This document shows, in pieces, positions 23,489 to 30,833 of a stretch of DNA of 32,000 nt. Position 1 is the first letter of the stretch, and each line of letters opens with the position of its first letter. Source of the DNA: Actinoplanes sp. SE50/110 (GTDB taxonomy: Bacteria; Actinomycetota; Actinomycetes; Mycobacteriales; Micromonosporaceae); assembly GCF_900119315.1 (NCBI RefSeq), contig NZ_LT827010.1, positions 6,636,494 to 6,668,493 on the forward strand, given 5' to 3'. The notes beneath the pieces are model-generated. The model was not told where the DNA came from. It was given only the letters and a program-made list of their open reading frames with translations, and did not search any database. The translations under genes were made by a program, and so were the position numbers.

Positions 23489-25024
23489 TCACCCGCCGAC
23501 CGCGGCGGCGTCCCGCGCCAGCCGGCCCCGGTCCACCTTGCGGTTGGAGTTCAGCGGCAGCTCGCCCAGGTGACGGTAGACGCGGGGCAGCATCCCGGCC
23601 GGCAGGATGTCGCGCAGCCGGCGGGCCAGCAGCGCCGGCGGGGTCACCTGGCCGGTGTAGTAGACAACCAGCTCCAGCCCCTCCTCGGCGGGCCGGGTGA
23701 CGGCCACCGCGTCCTCCACCCCGGGGCAGCTGCGCAGCGCGTGCTCCAGCTCGGCCAGCTCCACCCGCCAGCCCTGGACCTGCACCTGCGAGTCGAGCCG
23801 GCCGAGGTAGACCAGCTCCCCGTCGGCGAGCCGGCGGACCCGGTCACCGGTGCGGTACCAGCGCCGCCCGTCGCGGTCCAGGAAGCGGCCCGCGTCGTCG
23901 GCCGGGTCGAGGTAGCCGGTGGTCATCTGCGGACCGGTGATGCACAGCTCGCCCTCGGCCGGCACCTCCGCGCCGTCGGCACCGAGTAGCACGTGGTCGT
24001 GGCCGGGGTGCACGGTGCCGATCGGGGCCAGCCCGTTGACGCAGCGCTGCGGGGAGGTGGCCGGCGACCACCGGTGCCCGGTGACCGTGATGGTCAGCTC
24101 GGTCGGACCGTAGATGTTCTCCAGCGTGGACCGGTCCGCGGCGGCCTGCCAGTCCACCGCGTCGGCGGCGCGCAACGCCTCCCCGGCGAACAGGCTCCAG
24201 CGGAGTCCGCTCAGCGCACCCGCGCCCAGGCCGCCCATCCGGCGGATCAGCCCGATCGCGCTGGGCGTGGAGAACCACACGGTCATCCGCCGGTCGGCGA
24301 CGAAGCCGGGCAGGTCCCGATACGCCTGCGCGGGCACCGGGCAGACCGTGGCGCCGGCCCCCCAGGCGCCGAACAGGTCGAACATCGCGCAGTCGAAGTT
24401 CAGGTCGAAGGTCTGCGAGAAGACGTCGTCAGGGCCGAAGTCGTAGCGGGCGTCCAGCAGGCCGAAGTAGTGCGCGACGGCGCCCCGGCCGATCGGCACG
24501 CCCTTGGGCCGGCCGGTCGAGCCGGAGGTGAACAGCATGTAGGCGGCGCCGTCCGGGTCGGCCGCGACCGGCCCGGCGAGTGCGTCGGCGGCGCGGACGC
24601 CGATGGTGAGCCGGTCGCCGGCCGGCCCGTCACCGACCGCGGGCAGGCGCAGCCCCTCGGCGTGCAGCCGGTCCAGGGCGGCCCAGCCGGCCGGGTCGGC
24701 GATCACCGCCGAGACACCGGCGGTCTGCAGCATGTACCGGGTCCGGGCGATCGGGAAGTCCGGGTGCAGCGGCACCACGGTGGCCCCGGCGTACAGCGCG
24801 GCGAGCACCCCGGCATAACCTTCGAAGGTCTTGCCGGCCAGCACCCCGACCGCGGCCGGCGGCCCGTCCGGCGCGGCCCGCAGGGCGCCGGCCCAGTCGC
24901 AGGCGAGCTCGTGCAGCTCGGCGTAGGAGACCCGCTGGGAGCCGATCCGCAGGGCGGTGCGGCCGGGGCCCAGCGCCAGCCCCCGCAGGAATCTCGAGGG
25001 CAGCGAGAGCGCGACGTCGTCCAT
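23489..25024 (-). CDS. stand-alone adenylating enzyme (ANL superfamily, DltA-like), VinM/IdnL7-type or VinN/IdnL1-type, 511 aa
   Basis: YMLFTSGSTGRPKGV, NFDCAMFDL, YGPTE, YRTGDRV, QVQGWRVELAELE, NRKVDR. AGAGGA RBS upstream of ATG 25022..25024. The upstream part of the track ORF (to 25243) was rejected. Confidence 0.88.
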   Translation of the reverse strand: MDDVALSLPSRFLRGLALGPGRTALRIGSQRVSYAELHELACDWAGALRAAPDGPPAAVGVLAGKTFEGYAGVLAALYAGATVVPLHPDFPIARTRYMLQTAGVSAVIADPAGWAALDRLHAEGLRLPAVGDGPAGDRLTIGVRAADALAGPVAADPDGAAYMLFTSGSTGRPKGVPIGRGAVAHYFGLLDARYDFGPDDVFSQTFDLNFDCAMFDLFGAWGAGATVCPVPAQAYRDLPGFVADRRMTVWFSTPSAIGLIRRMGGLGAGALSGLRWSLFAGEALRAADAVDWQAAADRSTLENIYGPTELTITVTGHRWSPATSPQRCVNGLAPIGTVHPGHDHVLLGADGAEVPAEGELCITGPQMTTGYLDPADDAGRFLDRDGRRWYRTGDRVRRLADGELVYLGRLDSQVQVQGWRVELAELEHALRSCPGVEDAVAVTRPAEEGLELVVYYTGQVTPPALLARRLRDILPAGMLPRVYRHLGELPLNSNRKVDRGRLARDAAAVGG

Positions 25025-25041
25025 CTTTCCTCTTTCGGCTT

Positions 25042-25058
25042 TAGGGGCGCGACAGGGG
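25042..25058 (+). promoter_or_regulatory. TAGGGG-N5-CAGGGG direct repeat (11-nt period) in the divergent region between the A-enzyme and ACP genes
   Basis: ttTAGGGGcgcgaCAGGGGtt, oriented toward the ACP gene. No convincing -10 hexamer at the N22 position here. Confidence 0.25.
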
Positions 25059-25127
25059 TTGCCCGCCGCCCGGCGGTGTTCTTTCGTCGACCTGAAAAGG
25101 GCATTCTTCAACGAGGGAGACGACATT

Positions 25128-25376
25128 ATGTGGGATGTGAAGTTCGAGGAGATGGTCCGCCATTGTTTGCCATTTCTCCCGAGCGGCGAACAGCTCGAAG
25201 CGGACGCCGATCTGCGTGATCTGGGACTCGATTCGCTGGGCACCGTGGAATTGCTCTCGGCGCTGGAGAAGGGCTACCAGGTCCGCTTCACCGACGAGAT
25301 GCTGAGCATGGACACCTTCGCCACCCCGCGCACCCTCTGGGGCGCGCTGTCCGGCATCGTCCCGACCGCGGTCTGA
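25128..25376 (+). CDS. stand-alone acyl carrier protein (VinL/IdnL6-like), 82 aa
   Basis: LRDLGLDSLGTVELLSALE phosphopantetheinylation motif. GAGGGAGA RBS upstream of ATG 25128. Confidence 0.85.
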   Translation: MWDVKFEEMVRHCLPFLPSGEQLEADADLRDLGLDSLGTVELLSALEKGYQVRFTDEMLSMDTFATPRTLWGALSGIVPTAV

Positions 25377-25383
25377 CCGCGGC

Positions 25384-25411
25384 GGTCCCGGTCGGGCAAC
25401 CGGCCGGGACC
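25384..25411. terminator. 12-bp stem / GCAA loop hairpin between the convergent ACP and acyltransferase genes
   Basis: ggtcccggtcgg gcaa ccggccgggacc, with one G-T pair. Confidence 0.4.
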
Positions 25412-25425
25412 GTGGGCGCGAGAAC

Positions 25426-26364
25426 TCAGACCGGCAGCGGGCGGCGGCGCGGCGTCATCGCCAGCCGCGGGTTGGCGGTCACCACCGCGAAGTTGTCGGT
25501 GGTGCGGCGGACCCGGCCGAACAGGCTGTCCGGGCCGGCCACGTACACCCGGCCGACGCCGGCGTCGCGCAGCGCGGTCACCACCCGCGGCCAGCGCACC
25601 GGCATGACCAGGCCGTCCAGCAGCATGTCGCGGACCCCCGCGGCGGTGCGCCGCAGGCTGCCGTCCTGGTCGGCCAGCACCGGCAGATCCGGGTCGGCGA
25701 ACCGCACCCCGGCGAACACCTCGCGCTCGACGATCTCGCGCAGCGGACCGAACGCGGCCGAGTGCATCGGCGGGTCGGTGACGTAGAGCGGCAGCCCGCC
25801 GGCCTGGCGGACCCGGGCGTGGAACCAGTCCAGCCGCTGCGCGGACATCGACACCATGTGCAGGTCGTCGTCGACGTAGCAGGAGAAGTCGTGCCACCCG
25901 CCGTCGGCGGTCAGGTCGGCCAGGATCTCGTCGAGCCGCTCCCGGGGGGTGCGGGCGAACGACACGGTGACCACGTCGCGGTGCTCGCGGCGGAAGTACT
26001 CCTCTTCACACCGGGCGATCCCGGCGGTCATCCGGATCGCGTCCGGTGCCGAGATCGCGCCGGCGTACGCGGCCGCCGCCTTGCCGCCGAAGCTGGCACC
26101 GGCGATCACCGACGGTGTCACGTCGTGGGTCTCGGCCACCCACTCGGCCAGGGCCAGGCAGGTGACCAGGAAGGCGGCCTGCGCGTACGCCGAATAGTCG
26201 CCCTCGGTGTCGCGCCAGCGATCCAGCAGCCGGTAGCCGAGCGTCTCGTCGGCGACCGCGACCAGCCGCCGCGCGGCCGGGTTGAACATCAGGAAGCGGG
26301 CCGCCTCCGCGTAGCGGAGCGGACCCATCCCGGGAAAGACGATCGCCGCACCGTCGTACGTCAC
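25426..26364 (-). CDS. trans-acting acyltransferase (FabD fold, VinK/IdnL2-like), 312 aa
   Basis: AAIVFPGMGPLRY (compare FPGQG) and nucleophile elbow GASFGG (GxSxG with the His of GHSxG replaced by Ala). GTG start 26362..26364 lies 6 nt after AGGAGA, which overlaps the stop codon of the upstream gene. Only the C-terminal third of track ORF 25426..27795 is real. Confidence 0.78.
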   Translation of the reverse strand: MTYDGAAIVFPGMGPLRYAEAARFLMFNPAARRLVAVADETLGYRLLDRWRDTEGDYSAYAQAAFLVTCLALAEWVAETHDVTPSVIAGASFGGKAAAAYAGAISAPDAIRMTAGIARCEEEYFRREHRDVVTVSFARTPRERLDEILADLTADGGWHDFSCYVDDDLHMVSMSAQRLDWFHARVRQAGGLPLYVTDPPMHSAAFGPLREIVEREVFAGVRFADPDLPVLADQDGSLRRTAAGVRDMLLDGLVMPVRWPRVVTALRDAGVGRVYVAGPDSLFGRVRRTTDNFAVVTANPRLAMTPRRRPLPV

Positions 26365-26375
26365 CCGCGAGTCTC

Positions 26376-27629
26376 CTATCGGCACAGTTTGGCCAGGCCT
26401 TCCTCGAGCCGGGCCAGGATGTCCCGGATGTGCGGCAGCGCCACCGGATCCGCCGCCGCCAGCGCCGCCGCACGCTCCGCGTCGGTGTCGCCGTAGAGCA
26501 GGCTGGTGGCCGCCCGGAACCGCAGCGCCGCCGGGTCGTCGCCCTGGTGGTGCCCGCCGAGCACGGCGACCCCGGCGGTCTCCAGCAGTTCGTGCTCCAG
26601 CGACGCCGCATCGGTGATGCCGTGCCCGGCCAGGTGACCGCGCAGCGGCTCGAAGTCCGGATAGACGTAGAAGCCACCGGCCGGCGGGCGGCAGGTGGCG
26701 CCGGCCCCCACCATGATCTCGTACACCGCGCGGGCCACGACGGCGTGCAGCCGGGCCCCGGCCGCCAGGTGCCGGCGGATCTCCGGCGGCTCGCTGAAGG
26801 CGTACGCGGCCACCTCCTGCATCGGCTGGGCCAGCGCCGACCAGGTCTCGCTGGCCACCGCGGCCACGTCGGCCCGCAGCCGCTCGCCCTGCGGCGAGGC
26901 CGGGAACCGGGCCCCGCCGATCCGCCACCCGCCCAGCGCCAGGTTCTTGCTCAGCCCGGTGGTCACCACGGTGCGCTCGGGCAGCAGCTCGGCCGGGCTG
27001 CGGAAGGCCACCTCGGGACCGTGCAGGATGTCGCGGTAGATCTCGTCGGAGAGGATCCAGAGATCCTCGCGGTCGGCGATCGCGCACAGCCGGCGGATCG
27101 TCTCCGGGTCGGCGACCGTCCCGGTCGGGTTGTCCGGCAGGGTGAGCAGCATGATCCGCGGATGGTGGCCGGCCGCGCGGGCCGCCCGCAGCGCCCCGGG
27201 CAGCAGCTCCGGATCCGGCACGCCGCCGCAGCCGGCCGGGATCGGCACCGTGATCGGCGTCTTGCCGGCCAGCACCGCCTGCGGCAGATAGGTGTTCCAG
27301 CACGGCGCGGGCAGCACGATGTCGCCGGGCAGGGCCAGCTGCACCCCGATCAGCAGCGCCTTGCTGCCCGGCGCGGTCATCACCTGGCCGGGCTCGGTGG
27401 GCAGCCCGCGGCGGGTGAAGTAGCCGGCCAGCGCGGTGCGCACCGGCAGGTCGCCGACCACCGCGCCGTACCGGTTGCGGGCCGCGCCGGCCGCCAGCCG
27501 TTCGGCCAGCGGGGCGAAGACCGGCAGCCGGGCCTCGCCGAAGCCGAGGTGCACGATCCGTTCGCCGGCCGCCTGCCGCTCGGCGATCCGCTGGTCCAGG
27601 GCCATGTTGGGGGCGATGTGGCGGGTCAT
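26376..27629 (-). CDS. PLP-dependent fold-type-I (aminotransferase class I/II) enzyme; VinO/IdnL3-like candidate beta-amino-acid decarboxylase, 417 aa
   Basis: ...LTLPDNPTGTV...LSDEIY...TGLSKNLALGGWRIG (SK PLP-lysine motif). ATG 27627..27629 overlaps the stop of the upstream aminomutase gene (ATGA). Confidence 0.85.
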   Translation of the reverse strand: MTRHIAPNMALDQRIAERQAAGERIVHLGFGEARLPVFAPLAERLAAGAARNRYGAVVGDLPVRTALAGYFTRRGLPTEPGQVMTAPGSKALLIGVQLALPGDIVLPAPCWNTYLPQAVLAGKTPITVPIPAGCGGVPDPELLPGALRAARAAGHHPRIMLLTLPDNPTGTVADPETIRRLCAIADREDLWILSDEIYRDILHGPEVAFRSPAELLPERTVVTTGLSKNLALGGWRIGGARFPASPQGERLRADVAAVASETWSALAQPMQEVAAYAFSEPPEIRRHLAAGARLHAVVARAVYEIMVGAGATCRPPAGGFYVYPDFEPLRGHLAGHGITDAASLEHELLETAGVAVLGGHHQGDDPAALRFRAATSLLYGDTDAERAAALAAADPVALPHIRDILARLEEGLAKLCR

Positions 27630-28954
27630 CGGGACACCGCCGAGCCGACCGCGGCGGCGATGTCGGCCGGGGTCGACGGGTGCAGCACCAGCTCGTCGAG
27701 CCAGGCCGCGGTCGGCGACCGGTGGGCCAGGAACGGCCGGCCGACCAGGGCCGGATCACGGGCCTGCAGGAAACGCAGCTGCAGTGCTTCGCCATCGCCG
27801 GCCGGTGTCACCCCGTCCACGATCACCTTGCCCGGGGTGGCCGACATGACCGGTCCGCGCACCGTCCGGGCCAGGCCGGACAGATCCTGGTAGGCCTCCC
27901 GGAAGATGCTCGCGGCCCGCTCCAGCGGCACCTTGAAGTACTCGTGCGGGCCGGTGTCCCGCTCGACGAACATGTAGTACGGCACGGCGCCGGCCGCGAG
28001 TTCCCGGTGCCACATCTCGCGCCACACCGCGGCCGAGTCGTTGACCCGGGCGATCAGCGGCGCCTGGCAGTAGATCAGCGCCCCGGTGGCCCGGATCCGC
28101 TCCATCGCCCAGCGGGCCGGCTCCGGCTCCAGCTCCCGCGGATGGCTGAAGTGCGCCATCACCGCGATGTTGCGGCCGGTCGCGACGATCTGCTCGAACA
28201 GCCGCAGCACCTCCTCGGCGTCGCCGTCGCTGCCGAACCGGTGCGGCCAGTACGCCAGCGACTTGGTGCCGATCCGGATGGTGCGCACGGTCGGCACCGC
28301 GAGCAGCGGCTCCAGGTGGCTGCGCAGCCGTTCGGTGGACATCACCATCGGGTCGCCGCCGGTCACCAGCACGTCGGTGACCGACGGGTGCCGGTGCAGG
28401 TACTCGACCAGCTGGTGCGGGCTCTGCGCGGCGAACCGCAGGTCGGCGTCGCCGACGAACTGCGCCCACCGGAAGCAGTAGGTGCAGTACGAGTGGCAGG
28501 TCTGTCCCTGCCCCGGGAAGTACAGCACCGTGCTGCGGTACTTGTGCTGCACGCCGGCCAGCGGTTCGCCGTCCGCGCCGCGCGGCACGTTGTGCTCCAT
28601 CTGGCCGGACGGGTGCGGGTTCAGCCGGCCGCGGATGTCCCGGACCACCGTCTGCAGCCGCGTCCGGTCCCCATCGGACAGCGCGGCGGCGACCTGCCGG
28701 CCGTCGTCGGCGGACAGCATCCCGGCCTGCGGGAAAACCAACTGGAAGATCGGGTCGTCGGGGATCCGGTCCCAGTCGATCAACGTGTTCAGCACGTGCT
28801 CGTTGACCCGGAACGGGAGCACCGCCGACACCAGCCGGACGGACTCGCGGAGGTCCGCGGGAAGACCGTAGCGATCCGCGATCTCATCGATGTGACGCGG
28901 GCCCAGAGCCCGGAAGCGCTCCGTTCCGACGAGGGTCGGGGCCAGTATTGTCAT
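27626..28954 (-). CDS. KamA-family radical-SAM amino acid 2,3-aminomutase (IdnL4-like; probably not lysine-specific), 442 aa
   Basis: GVQHKYRSTVLYFPGQGQTCHSYCTYCFRW (CxxxCxxC), LVTGGDPMVMS, PYYMFVERD. GAGGA RBS upstream of ATG 28952..28954. Confidence 0.88.
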   Translation of the reverse strand: MTILAPTLVGTERFRALGPRHIDEIADRYGLPADLRESVRLVSAVLPFRVNEHVLNTLIDWDRIPDDPIFQLVFPQAGMLSADDGRQVAAALSDGDRTRLQTVVRDIRGRLNPHPSGQMEHNVPRGADGEPLAGVQHKYRSTVLYFPGQGQTCHSYCTYCFRWAQFVGDADLRFAAQSPHQLVEYLHRHPSVTDVLVTGGDPMVMSTERLRSHLEPLLAVPTVRTIRIGTKSLAYWPHRFGSDGDAEEVLRLFEQIVATGRNIAVMAHFSHPRELEPEPARWAMERIRATGALIYCQAPLIARVNDSAAVWREMWHRELAAGAVPYYMFVERDTGPHEYFKVPLERAASIFREAYQDLSGLARTVRGPVMSATPGKVIVDGVTPAGDGEALQLRFLQARDPALVGRPFLAHRSPTAAWLDELVLHPSTPADIAAAVGSAVSR

Positions 28955-29002
28955 GCCTAAGTCCTCGGGTGTCGGCGGGGCGGTCAGCCGACCGCGACGG
29001 TG

Positions 29003-29008
29003 AACATA
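29003..29008 (-). promoter_or_regulatory. -10-like hexamer TATGTT for the aminomutase operon
   Basis: Read on the minus strand: CTAGGGG-N22-TATGTT, the same spacing as at the PKS promoter. Confidence 0.35.
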
Positions 29009-29030
29009 TGAGTCCCGGCGGTGCTGTGAA

Positions 29031-29060
29031 CCCCTAGGCGGGCCCCTGCCCGGCCCCTTA
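29031..29060 (-). promoter_or_regulatory. three direct repeats TAAGGGG / CAGGGG / CTAGGGG (11-12-nt period) upstream of the aminomutase operon
   Basis: The minus strand reads TAAGGGGccgggCAGGGGcccgcCTAGGGG. Confidence 0.4.
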
Positions 29061-29155
29061 CCGCGTCCGCCCCGGCACCGGTGGCGCATCTAAGGGTGTC
29101 CGCCCGGATCCCGGGGTGGTTAGCGTCCCTCCAGGCTCGTACAGGGAGGTGCGCG

Positions 29156-29497
29156 ATGGATCGGCCAGACCATCGGCTGGAGGTTCGCGACGGCGCGGCG
29201 GCGATCGCGTTCTACGTGACGGTGTTCGGCGCCGCCGAGGTCAGCCGCGAGTGCCTGCTCGACGGTCACCCGCTGGTGGCCGAGCTGGCGCTGGGCCCGT
29301 ACCGGCTGGAGCTGGTCGAGAACCCGGGCGCGGTCGCGGGCGGCGCGCCGCTGGTGCTGCCGTGCGCCGATCCGGGCGCGGTGCTGGCCCGGGCGGTGGC
29401 CGCCGGCGCGCCGGTCGAGGCGGGCGTCGTCCGGGACCCGACCGGGCACCGCATCGTCCTCGAGCCCGCCGCCACCCCGGTGGCGCAGATCTGTTGA
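29156..29497 (+). CDS. small VOC (glyoxalase/bleomycin-resistance/dioxygenase) family protein, 113 aa
   Basis: GGGAGG RBS. AIAFYVTVFGA...RLELVENPG...VRDPTGHRIVLE matches the VOC beta-alpha-beta-beta-beta module pattern. Possible -10 hexamer TAGCGT at 29121..29126. Confidence 0.65.
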   Translation: MDRPDHRLEVRDGAAAIAFYVTVFGAAEVSRECLLDGHPLVAELALGPYRLELVENPGAVAGGAPLVLPCADPGAVLARAVAAGAPVEAGVVRDPTGHRIVLEPAATPVAQIC

Positions 29498-29523
29498 CCA
29501 GCACCGACCGAGAGGTTCTCCCC

Positions 29524-30288
29524 GTGACCCAGCAAGCACCCGATCCGGGGCTGTGGTTCCGCCGTTTCCACCCCGCGCCGGCCGGTGACGTCCGGCTGGT
29601 CTGCTTCCCGCACGCCGGCGGCTCCGCGAGCTTCTACTTCCCGGTCTCCAAGGCGCTGAGCCCGCGGATGGAGGTGCTGGCCGTGCAGTATCCGGGCCGC
29701 CAGGACCGGCGGTCCGAGGCACAGCTCACCGATCTGCACGTGCTCGCCGACCGGATCGCCGAAGCGCTCGCCCCGCTGACCGACCGGCGGCTGGCGTTCT
29801 TCGGGCACAGCATGGGCGCGATGCTCGCGTACGAGGTGGGGCTGCGCCTGGAGGACGCCGGACGGCACGACCTGACGCACGTGTTCGCCTCCGGGCGCCG
29901 GGCGCCGTCGTGTTACCGCGGCGAATCCGTGCATCAGCGTGACGACGAGGGCATCCTGGCCGAGCTGCAGCGGATGGACGGCACCGACCCGCGGCTGCTG
30001 ACCGACCCGGAGCTGCAGCGGATGTTCCTGCCGGTGATCCGCGGCGACTATCGCGCGGTGGAGACCTACCGGCACCGGCCGGACGCGGCGCTGCGGTCGG
30101 CGCTGACCGTGCTGACCGGCGACAGCGACGCGATGACCACGGTGGCCGAGGCGCGGGACTGGGCCGCGCACACCACCGGCCACTTCGACCTGCGGGTCTT
30201 CCCGGGTGGACACTTCTATCTGGTGCCCCAGGCGGCCGCGGTGCTCGACCTGCTGAGCACCACGCTCGCCCCACTTCCGACGTACTGA
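29524..30288 (+). CDS. type II (editing) thioesterase, 254 aa
   Basis: LVCFPHAGGSASFY, GHSMGAMLAYE nucleophile, and a PGGHFY C-terminal motif. The start is taken as GTG 29524 (in-frame TTG 29494 is an alternative). The part of track ORF 29116..30288 upstream of this was rejected. Confidence 0.88.
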   Translation: MTQQAPDPGLWFRRFHPAPAGDVRLVCFPHAGGSASFYFPVSKALSPRMEVLAVQYPGRQDRRSEAQLTDLHVLADRIAEALAPLTDRRLAFFGHSMGAMLAYEVGLRLEDAGRHDLTHVFASGRRAPSCYRGESVHQRDDEGILAELQRMDGTDPRLLTDPELQRMFLPVIRGDYRAVETYRHRPDAALRSALTVLTGDSDAMTTVAEARDWAAHTTGHFDLRVFPGGHFYLVPQAAAVLDLLSTTLAPLPTY

Positions 30289-30553
30289 ACAGATTTTTAA
30301 GACATTTGTATAGATGTGGGTTACGCTTCTCCCATGAGACCCACGCTCCGCCCGGCACCCGAGCCGGCCGCCCTCCCGGTGGCCGGCTCATCGCAGAACA
30401 CCGGCTTGGTGAGTACGTCGACGACCCCGCGACGCGCGGTGCCGACCGCGCGGTCCTGATCCGTTGGCGGCGGGCCCGATGGGGCCGCTGCACGCCGGCG
30501 ATCGGAATCGACCGCCGGCCAGCTCCTGACGCATCGGAAGGTTCGGGGACAAC

Positions 30554-30826
30554 GTGCGAACAACACCGGCGCCGGGCGTCACGTCCCGGATTCTGGAGAA
30601 CGGGCACCTGGAGCTCTTCGTCGGCGACACCGGCCGGCGCCTGCAGTGGGGCCGGGTCAGCGCGGCGGTGTGGATCGCGCTGCGGCAGCACCGCGGGCAG
30701 TGCACCGCCGCCGCCGACATGCTGGCGGACCTGTGGGACATCGACCGGATCAACATGCGCACCGAGGTGGAGATCCGGGTGGACGAGTGGTGCGACGCCG
30801 GCCTGATGTGCCGGGAGCGGGACTGA
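30554..30826 (+). CDS. PqqD-family / RRE-like small protein, 90 aa
   Basis: Very high GC3. An in-frame stop lies 27 nt upstream, so GTG 30554 is the start. The pattern ...LELFVGDTGRRLQWGRVSAAVWIALRQHRGQCTAAADMLADLWDIDRINMRTEVEIRVDEWCDAGLM matches the PqqD winged-helix layout (beta strands, then xxaaxIWxxL, then helices ending in ..fl..L...gl.). Confidence 0.55.
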   Translation: MRTTPAPGVTSRILENGHLELFVGDTGRRLQWGRVSAAVWIALRQHRGQCTAAADMLADLWDIDRINMRTEVEIRVDEWCDAGLMCRERD

Positions 30827-30833
30827 CCCGGGC

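Noticed and set aside
26365-27795. Upstream about 477 aa of the 789-aa minus-strand ORF 25426..27795.
   Set aside because: It is out of frame with the real PLP-enzyme gene occupying the same DNA. The acyltransferase starts at GTG 26362..26364, after an AGGAGA RBS.
27626-28954. The radical-SAM protein as a RiPP maturase partner of the PqqD-like protein.
   Set aside because: Its sequence is KamA/aminomutase-type (GVQHKY..., a PLP-lysine region, no SPASM/twitch Cys clusters). It is translationally coupled to the PLP enzyme of the starter-unit pathway.
29116-29523. N-terminal 136 aa of the 390-aa ORF 29116..30288.
   Set aside because: This part overlaps the VOC gene in another frame and is Arg/Gly-rich. 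Thioesterase homology begins near GTG 29524.
30334-30459. The 41-aa plus-strand ORF upstream of the PqqD-like gene, considered as a lasso, lanthi or sacti peptide precursor.
   Set aside because: It has no Cys, no Thr at -2 followed by a Gly/Ala/Ser/Cys core start with a downstream Asp/Glu for a lasso ring, and no RBS. It is kept only as an unresolved coding-like signal, not called as a feature.
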